DNA of 64,000 nt from Phallusia mammillata (taxonomy: Eukaryota). The translations under genes and the position numbers were made by a program. The notes below the pieces were generated by a model that searched no databases, was not told where the DNA came from, and was given only the letters and a program-made list of their open reading frames with translations. The DNA lies in NCBI GenBank assembly GCA_965637545.1, contig OZ281499.1, forward strand, positions 8,928,001-8,992,000. The letters run 5' to 3'. Below, in pieces: positions 56,301 to 64,000 of this stretch. Numbering within the stretch: position 1 is the first letter of the stretch; every line of letters begins with the position of its first letter.

Positions 56301-59150
56301 ATTGAAGAAAATTGTGGTAAAAATGACTGCCAGGGTGACTTGACGGCAGCTAGAATCCAGTATAACAGCAGCGAGTGTCCTGTGAGCGACCTCAATAGTT
56401 CAGGACCATCCAACTCTACCATCTACACACTGATGGGAATATACACCGCTATTGGTTTCAGTGGTGCACTTCTCATGGCTCTTGCGGTGGATCCCATACA
56501 AATAAGGTTTTGCTATAATCTGTAACTTTTGGATAATGAAGAATTACTTTGGTGTTACGCATATTTTGATTGACAGAAAGAAAGAAACTCGTGGACCGTT
56601 TGATTTGCTCATTGCAACAATATTTCACATGAAGGATAAACGACAACTGCTGCTAATTCCTATCACAATGTACAGTGGCTTTGAGCAAGCTTTTCTGACT
56701 GGAGACTACACCAGGGTAATAGGCCTACACCAGTGGTTCCCAAACTTTTTAATATTTTTTTCTAAACGGTCCCCTTGCCATTATTTCGGCTCGCGGTCCT
56801 TAAGCCTAAATGTGTATTTCATAAAAACAAAAGTTGATTGCAGGATTTTAGCCAGTTGTGCAAAATTGCGCATAATAATCATCCAAGGACAGCATGTGAC
56901 ATCACAAACAGGACAAAAACATTACGATTGTGCGCGAACAATTGCATTTATTATAGTTGTCATTCAATAAAGGCCATTGTTTAGCAATGGAGACAGTCGA
57001 TTCTTAATTCTACTTTGATTTAAACTTATTTAGTGGCACAAACTGACGCCAAATAAGATTATAGAATTACTTCAATCGCCTCGCGGTCCCCTCAAAATTG
57101 CCCCACGGACCCCAGTTTGGGAACCGCTGGCCTACACTAACACTGTACATGATTTATGATTAGTTTTAGTAAATTGAGGTGTTTATGGATGCTTTTGTAA
57201 AGAACTTTACGAAACCTCAGGAAAAATCATTACATCCACCGTTAAATGACCATTTCCTCCAACATTTTTAGTCGTTTATTACTTGCCCAATCGGAGTGAA
57301 CTGGGTTGGATTCGTATTGATTTGCTACGGTGCCTGCGATTCGGTATTCTCTTTGCTGTTCGGTGGGGCTGAGAAGTATGTTGGAAGGTGGCCACTTTTT
57401 ACTGGAGCAACATTGATCAACCTTGCCCTTATAATTACCTTCCAGGTAATCATAATAACATTGATCCTATTCCACTGGTCTAGTCTTTGCACGTTTGGTA
57501 GTGTAGTAAATGTTAATGATTTTTAGGTCTGGCTGCCCTATCCCAATGAGGTAGCTCTTTTCTTTGTTCTTCCTGCTCTATGGGGGTTGGCGGATGCTGT
57601 ATGGCAGACCCAGCTTAACGGTAAGTTACAAATATGGTTACAAGTTAAACCCGGCACTGTTTTCGCTGCATTTCTTGTTTTATGATAAGCTGCTGACAGT
57701 GCACACAGAAGTACCAACAGTGCAGCTGATGAAAATACATAGGCCGTATTGGCTATAGTAGCTCCATCTAACGGTGCAGCATCTAACGGTATTCTTGTTT
57801 TCAATCCAAGAAACTTCCGTAATATTCTTGAAAGTATACTTGGCGGATATGATGTTATTGTTTTTTAGGCTTGAAAGTGTCCTCGTAAGAAACACGTGCA
57901 GTTATCCCTATTTTTTGCAGCTCTCTACGGAGTACTTTTCGTAACCAATCAAGAAGCAAGTTTTGCCAACTACCGGCTTTGGGAGTCAATCGGCTATGTG
58001 ATTTCATTTGGATATCAGAACTTTATCTGTGTTTCGGTCAAACTCTGGGTGATGCTGTCTGTTCTTATCGTTGGCATGGCACTTTACTACTACGTTGAGG
58101 TAGGCCAGTTTTTAGTCGTGATAAACAAGTGTTCCCTTTTCAGTTTGGGGCTACAGCGTGCATGTAATGTCGCTGATTGGGGATACACAAAGATCTCGTA
58201 TTTGTCTGCAAAGGTGAAAAATAGAGGGGGCATGGATCAAACAGCAGTTGTGCAGTAACGATTGGTCGGGTACAAAGAACAATCAAAGCATGCAGTGTTA
58301 CTTTTAGTGGAAGTTGCCCAAATGTCCTAAGCAACAGATTTTTAACCTATGAATAACTCGCGTACCATCGACGTCTTTTCATCGCCTTGTAGCACCCAAA
58401 CCCTGCTTGGGTGGGTAGACCAATAGCTATAGGCCTATTCTTCTTGACTAGGCTAGCATATTTCTAAAACCGACAAGGTTAGCAATTCCAAAGGCATCGT
58501 CAAGACATTTTGGACGAGTATTGTCCAAAACCATAGCTAATTAGTTCAGGGGTTCTTAACCAGGGGTGCACGCAGCCCCAAGGGGTGCGAGAACTGTTCC
58601 TTGGGGTTGCGGGGAGGCTGAATCATTAAGGTTGGTTAGGTCTATTATATATAAATACAAAAACCCAGCGGGGTGCGAAAACTGGTTGGTGATTGGAAAG
58701 GAGTGCGAAAATTGGTTGGTGATTGGAAAGGGGTGCAGCAACGCAAAAAGTTTAAGAACCACTGAATTAGTTGGTGTTGGGCCAATTGGGTTGCATTTCA
58801 TAATCTGACTTGACTTACGTATAGCACAAAGCCACCACCATAAACACTCCGGTGTAACACTAATGGTACGCGTAGTACAGGTTGAGAACCATTGCTCTGT
58901 CCAGGTGTACGACCTGCAGTTTTATTTCACGTGCACCTAAGTAAGTATTTCCTTCGCCGTTTCAAACTGTAAATTTTCCAGGCGTGTTATTTACCTTTCT
59001 TCATAATTTTAGATTTTGGAAAGGAAGACACCCAATCGGACGTCAGCAATCAACGACGAAGAAAACAGAAAGGACAACATTTCTTCTATCAGTAGCAGGA
59101 GTAGATATGACAGTGGGGTTGACAACGTGGCCTTTGCGGGGGAACTTTAG
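53305..59150 (+). CDS. UNC93A: UNC93A-like MFS membrane protein, copy 6 (complete)
   Basis: Exons 53305-53402 (MEEGKRSD..WDGDIDELTNIKNNP), 54346-54533, 55253-55433, 56068-56210, 56272-56506, 56577-56715, 57272-57445, 57527-57620, 57921-58099, 59013-59150 (..GVDNVAFAGEL*). Confidence 0.9.
53538..53856. mobile_element. hAT-type MITE
   Basis: TIR CAGGGGTGGGCAACC / GGTTGCCCACCCCTG; perfect TSD CTGTAGGC. Confidence 0.92.
53864..54043. mobile_element. hAT-type MITE (CAGTGGTGGGATT TIR)
   Basis: TIR CAGTGGTGGGATT / AATCCCACCACTG; flanks CTGTAGG / CCATAGGT (degenerate TSD). Same family as 61775-61922. Confidence 0.85.
55718..55814 (-). mobile_element. tRNA-derived SINE family A copy (intron 3 of copy 6)
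   Basis: Minus strand TTGGCCGAATGGTCCAGCGCGCCTGACCCATATAC...GATCGGGATTC...GGGTTCGAATCC; matches 1-95 and 8706-8770. Confidence 0.72.
56731..57129. mobile_element. hAT-type MITE
   Basis: TIR CAGTGGTTCCCAAAC / GTTTGGGAACCGCTG; perfect TSD GCCTACAC. Confidence 0.9.
57683..57790 (-). ncRNA. HH-A element, degenerate (stem II and GAAA region deleted)
   Basis: Plus strand GATAAGCTGCTGACAGTGCACAC...CAGTGCAGCTG...ATAGGCCGTATTGGCTA..CCATCTAACGG is colinear with the other HH-A copies. Confidence 0.65.
58547..58764. mobile_element. hAT-type MITE
   Basis: TIR CAGGGGTTCTTAACC / TTTAAGAACCACTG; perfect TSD AATTAGTT; reverse-complement sibling of 33459-33675. Confidence 0.92.
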
Positions 59151-60123
59151 GCATCGGAACGAACTGGACGTGGAAATATAGTTACAAACAATTTACTTAC
59201 ATTTGACACGACTGGCTCATAGCACTTATTATTTTTCCGTCGCCCATGCATTAGAGTTCATCCACTGTGTAGCATATTCCACAATGATGTGCATGTGATT
59301 AGTCATAGCCCTTTTTATTTTATTTCCAGCAGTATTGCTTCGTTTTTTTGGTGTAGATTTATTCCATATGTTTTTAATGCCGTTTTCTATCTTGTTTACT
59401 TACCGACAAAGCATATTCTGCTAGAGACTGTGTCTTCATAAATCTTATTAGACACTACAAAAAACTTGGACCAAAATAAGTAAGACGTCAACGGATCCCT
59501 TTTTAAATCAGCAAAATCAGTTCCGTTTTTGAAAAAAAGGAAGAAAATAACTCACTGATGCAAACGACATGGCCTTTTTTGAGTAATTTCGGATTTAATA
59601 TTTTACGTGTCTAATTACCATCAGCACCAGCCAATTTTCTTTCCGTTTGCTAATGAAAGTACACATTAGCTGGTGGCAAGTCAAGAAAGTTACCGCTACA
59701 CAATCAGTTAGCAAATAACCATTGAATTAGAGAATGGCAGTGAGCTATGGGCAAAGAGGGTTTCGGCAAACATTTCAACCAACAAAAATGGATCATTGTC
59801 TAATTTCTCTGTGGGGTACTAACTCGGTCAATCATTGCGTTGTATTAATCTTCTAAAACACAGTGCAACAAATTAGGCAATAATCTCATACGTTCAAAGA
59901 CAAAAAGCTGAAGCAAAAACGATAATGATTGTATCGATAAGACCTCTTGTGCAAAGCAATGCTTTCACAGCCAACTTTTACGCAACACTTTGCACCCAAG
60001 GTATATAACAGTAGAAAGATGCTGTTTGGCTGCCAATACACACCAAAAACCAATTATCAAACACCTAAATTTCCAATTATACTCAACTTGAATCAAGCAA
60101 CGTCACTTCAGCAGAGCAAACCC

Positions 60124-62965
60124 TCACAGGGTTTGAAGAACATTAAGTGATTGTGGTTTATAAAGTCGTATAGTTTCATCCCATCCACAATCTGCCACCA
60201 AACCAGGGACAAAAGTACTAAAATCAACTCCATACACAAACTCTGTATGATGGTCAATTGTTTCTAAAAGAGGACTGAGACCTTGAGGCTTCAGAAAATC
60301 CCATGTTCTGCAAAACATAAAGTTAAAACTCAATTCATTAATGTGTATTAATATGTAATTAAGTAAAATAAGTCTTACATGCCAAAATAAAAAATGTGTG
60401 CATGTTAAAATTCCAAGGAAAGGCAATATAGTTTTACACTATTTTAAAGACAAGACACACCAAGGTACACAATTCATGGTTAGATTCATACAAGAAACAA
60501 ACAGTCCAATATTCTTGTATAAAACATTTCAACAGCAACTTGTGTCATTCTTAAATAAAATGAATGTAAAACCCAACAGCAAGTAAAAGAGGCACCTGCA
60601 TTTTGTGCTGTTTTTTTCGCATTTATTGCTTTTACTGGTTTTACTCGCTGCTTGGTTTTTACATTAAATTCATTTGAGAATGACACAAGTTGCTGTTGAA
60701 ATGTCATGTTATATACAAATATATTGGCTTGTTTGTTTCTCGCTATGACTTACTAATATAAAACATGATTGCCAAAACTGTTTGCTAACGTCATAACTCA
60801 CCTTACAGTGAAGTCATATGAACAACTTGCCACAGTTCCAGCTACATATGGTGAACAACGAACTCTGCGCACTGCATATGTGTGACCACACATCTGACAC
60901 AAGCACGATTTGGTATTTCTTAAGTCCCAAACTCTGGAACATATTGAAAGTTTTGACTGCAAAAATGTCACAAACACAAGTATACAGGAGGCCTGTGGTC
61001 CAAACAAAAATTTGAGCACAAAACCTGTGTAAACCTCTGATTACCTTAGTGAGCAGTCTACAGAACCTGTAATAAGTATTTTATCATCATATTTTGACCA
61101 ATCACATGAAAGAACTTCCGTTTCATGGGCAGGTATCACATGTTGTGGCATGTACTGCTTCCGTATGTCCCAAATTCGTGCAGTTCCATCAGCTGCAAAT
61201 CAATTAATTTTAGCAACAAAATAGAGTTTGTTTTTTCAGTATTTAAAATATTAATGGCTTGTCAAAAAACATACAAGTCTGGTACAAAATGTATTTGTTC
61301 GCACACATATACAAGTAAACTGTATCTTTCAATGAAATTTGTAGAAATAGAAATCATAACATACCAGAGGTGCTGGCAAAACATCCAGATATATGTGGAG
61401 ACCAAACTGCACTGTATACAACACCGTAATGGCCAGCAAAGCTTCCCAAAGACTTTCCCAAACCAGCTCCAATATCCCATAACTTTACCGTATTGTCCCA
61501 TGAACCAGATATAACAAGATTTTTGTCTCCAGTATGACACCAATCCACTGAATAAACCTCCTTCTCATGTTCTCGCAAGACCAGCATTGGTACCTGAACA
61601 AAAAATGATGCCACTAATAGAAAATAGTTGTTTTATGCTCAACCATTTAGCAACATATATATGATTTAAGCGTAAAAATAGAGATAAAAACTACTATGTT
61701 AAAAAATGCAAAAAAAGAAAATACAAAAGCAAGAAAAAAAACGACTGCTGCCTTAATCATTCTTTAGTCAGAAACAGTGGTGGGATTCAGCCGGTTCGCA
61801 GCATTCTATAGAACTGTCTCACGCAATTTTATAACATCAGCGAAACGGTTAGCATTACTGGCTACTGTCCATGGACTTTTTGTAACATAACCGGCCGACA
61901 AAAAATTTGAATCCCACCACTGGCCCCACTTTAATACAAAGAAAAATTATAAGACTTTCTGACATTGTTAGTGATGTTCCAGACTTGGATTCCACCATCT
62001 CCACCAGCAGTGACACAAACTGCTTCATCCAGCTCACTCCAACTCACATCAAACAATCCATCTTCCCATTTGCATGTTTGTGTTACAGCAATTGGTGCAT
62101 TGAAGTTCGGATCAAATTCAAATATAAGTAGAGCAGCAGTTCCTTCATGGTACAGTAAAAATACATCAAAGTCAAAACATTTAATATGTCACAGATTACT
62201 CTAGGTCAGTAATTGTCAAGCTGTATTTGAATGACCCCTTTGGGAGCTTGTGGTTTTCAAAAAACAACAACATGAAGACAGACAAAAGTCCATAATTTTT
62301 TTTTCATTTTACTGATTTCATGTTGAGGAAATTTTCAATAAATTGCTCATGACACACGAATAAAGAGATATATGTTCAAATTTCCCTTGTCTGTCTTTTA
62401 ACACCACTGTTCTAGGTATAAAAATGTTTAATAATAGTTTTGCAATTCCAAAAGCAATCAAACATCTAACATAAATAATAATGCAATACACAACTTAACA
62501 ATGAAAACATAAAAATTATTTCAAATTTGCAAGTGTTTTTGTCAAGAACATCCTTTCCTTAGTTAAACATATTTGTGCCTTCGATTTATATCTGATTAAA
62601 CAGCCAACACAATGTTGTCAACTACAGTAGCAAAGCAAGTTTTGTACAAACACCAAGGGCACCTTTCATGCAAAAGTACTGTCAGCCATAAAATAAAAAC
62701 TTATTAAAAATGGAAGTGCTGTATTTTTGCCAATTTAAATAAAGCTTCAATTTAACTAAAAATAGATGTTTAATTGCATTTTCCATTGCACATACCTTTA
62801 AACAACATAAATTAAGTTTTAGTCTGTTATTTTGCACGAAATTAAAACCTTCAAGTTACCTGAAATTCCATACTGTTGGCATGCAACACATGCAAGCCTT
62901 GTAGGAGAAAAGGGCGAAAATTTCACAGAATAACCATGAAGGCCTTGTGTGTGAAAGGAAGTCAT
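60124..62965 (-). CDS. PEX7: Peroxisomal PTS2 receptor PEX7 (WD40), 6 exons
   Basis: Exons 62965-62860 ([36 protein letters not shown]), 62142-61964 (..[18 protein letters not shown]), 61593-61365 ([22 protein letters not shown]), 61192-61045 ([14 protein letters not shown]), 60933-60802 ([18 protein letters not shown]), 60307-60124 ([22 protein letters not shown]). Motifs are colinear with PEX7 as I recall it. Confidence 0.93.
60493..60740. repeat. Long imperfect inverted repeat in PEX7 last intron
   Basis: ACATTTCAACAGCAACTTGTGTCATTCT and AGAATGACACAAGTTGCTGTTGAAATGT are perfectly complementary. The arms extend imperfectly to about 100 bp around a roughly 50-bp spacer. Confidence 0.8.
61775..61922. 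mobile_element. hAT-type MITE in PEX7 intron 2
   Basis: TIR CAGTGGTGGGATTCA / TGAATCCCACCACTG; no recognisable TSD. Confidence 0.8.
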
Positions 62966-63483
62966 ATCTTTGCGTCAATTTTCCATGATTTACTCCATTA
63001 AAATTGAAAGAAATCCTGCTTCGCGCTCAGCCCTCACATCACGCAAAAAATATGATTTCTATCAATCTTTTGACTTTTCTTTAAGGGTAAACCCCCCAAT
63101 ATATGTGAATGTTTTAAATTTAGATGGGAAAATTGTAATTTCAACTTTTGTTGGAAATTTTATTTCATGCTTTTTCGTATGTTCAAAGTGGCATGAATCA
63201 ACATAAGTAAACAAAGCGTAGTAAGACATGAGGTTGTCGTGATTTGACTTGCAAAACTGCTCACGTATTTACCTTTCACCTACTACTGCATGAAAAACGT
63301 GCGTTCGCTTTCAGCTCTCTCCACTCTCTATTGAAACTAGTCTACAATGGTCTGAGTATCAGCGTTATTTTGTGTTGACTGTTGACCTTTCAAAACGCTT
63401 TGGCTGTTGTCGAACCGCATTTATTTTATTTTGGAGTGAATTTAATAATTGTAGCAAAAGTTCTGATGTTCTGAAAACAAAAC
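62966..63483. promoter_or_regulatory. Probable bidirectional promoter between PEX7 and the USP gene
   Basis: Only 518 bp separate the divergent start codons; several ACGT-core motifs. Inferred from position only. Confidence 0.5.
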
Positions 63484-63797
63484 ATGGTGAAAAAGCGTGT
63501 AAAACAGCGTAGAAGCAACGCAAAGCAGAACCAAAGGAATTCAAACAGAACCAGTCCTAATGTGGTCAAAAGTGTGAATTCTGTTGAGAAAGAAGGTATG
63601 ATTTAATCAAAACGAGACTTACGAACAAAGGAAGTATGTTATTTTCAATTTTACCTTTAGAAACTTTATCTGAAGATGACACAAAATCAGAACAATGTGT
63701 TGAAACTACCTTAAGTGCCACAGAAGAGGCACAACTTCCGCAACCTATTGGACTACAAAATCTTGGAAATACATGTTTTTTCAACAGTGTAATGCAG
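63484..63797 (+). CDS. Ubiquitin-specific protease, USP16/USP45-like (first two exons; continues beyond window)
   Basis: Exons 63484-63595 (MVKKRVKQRRS..) and 63661-63797, ending GLQNLGNTCFFNSVMQ|gt, a USP Cys-box with the CFFN.VMQ signature of the USP16/45 group. Confidence 0.8.
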
Positions 63798-64000
63798 GTG
63801 AAAAACGTTGGCTCTATGGCAAACAAACTCTAAAAAATTGAACAAAAAATGTTCCAACGGACTTGCAATGCAGGCAGCGTGATGTTAAGCATAATGCATT
63901 TATGTGTCAGATGATAAAATAAAACAATCGAAACTTTTAATCTTTTAAATTACCTCTTGTTTGACATCGCTCACTAGGGTACTGATGTCAATAAAATCAA

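Noticed and set aside
688-63833. Most 60-140 aa ORFs in the supplied track
   Set aside because: They are exon-plus-intron read-throughs of the spliced genes, antisense shadows of exons, or chance frames in MITEs and AT-rich DNA.

Overview
AT-rich, intron-dense eukaryotic (invertebrate animal) DNA. Compact introns and the repeat spectrum look tunicate-like, but the taxon is a guess. About 59 kb is a tandem array of six intact 10-exon UNC93A-like MFS membrane-protein genes plus one decayed seventh copy, arranged <1, 2>, 3>, <4, psi>, 5>, 6>. Internal exon lengths are conserved (188/181/143/235/139/174/94/179 nt), while N-termini, C-tails, putative cavity residues and luminal-loop cysteines diverge between copies. 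The right end holds PEX7 (minus, 6 exons) head-to-head with the first two exons of a USP16/45-like deubiquitinase. Introns and spacers are packed with mobile DNA: about 12 hAT-type MITEs (mostly with 8-bp TSDs), tRNA-derived SINEs, a Helitron/Helentron-like element, and three truncated Penelope-like (GIY-YIG) insertions, two of which end in minimal hammerhead ribozymes. The most unexpected signal is a dispersed short (at least 130 nt) non-coding retro-mobile family built around a type-I hammerhead ribozyme, with 6 ribozyme-bearing copies, none fully intact, plus one flank-only fragment. It includes a fold-back dimer carrying ribozymes in both polarities and a copy inserted with a 12-bp TSD into the UNC93A pseudo-exon. 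All coordinates were read by eye and no alignments or folding programs were run.
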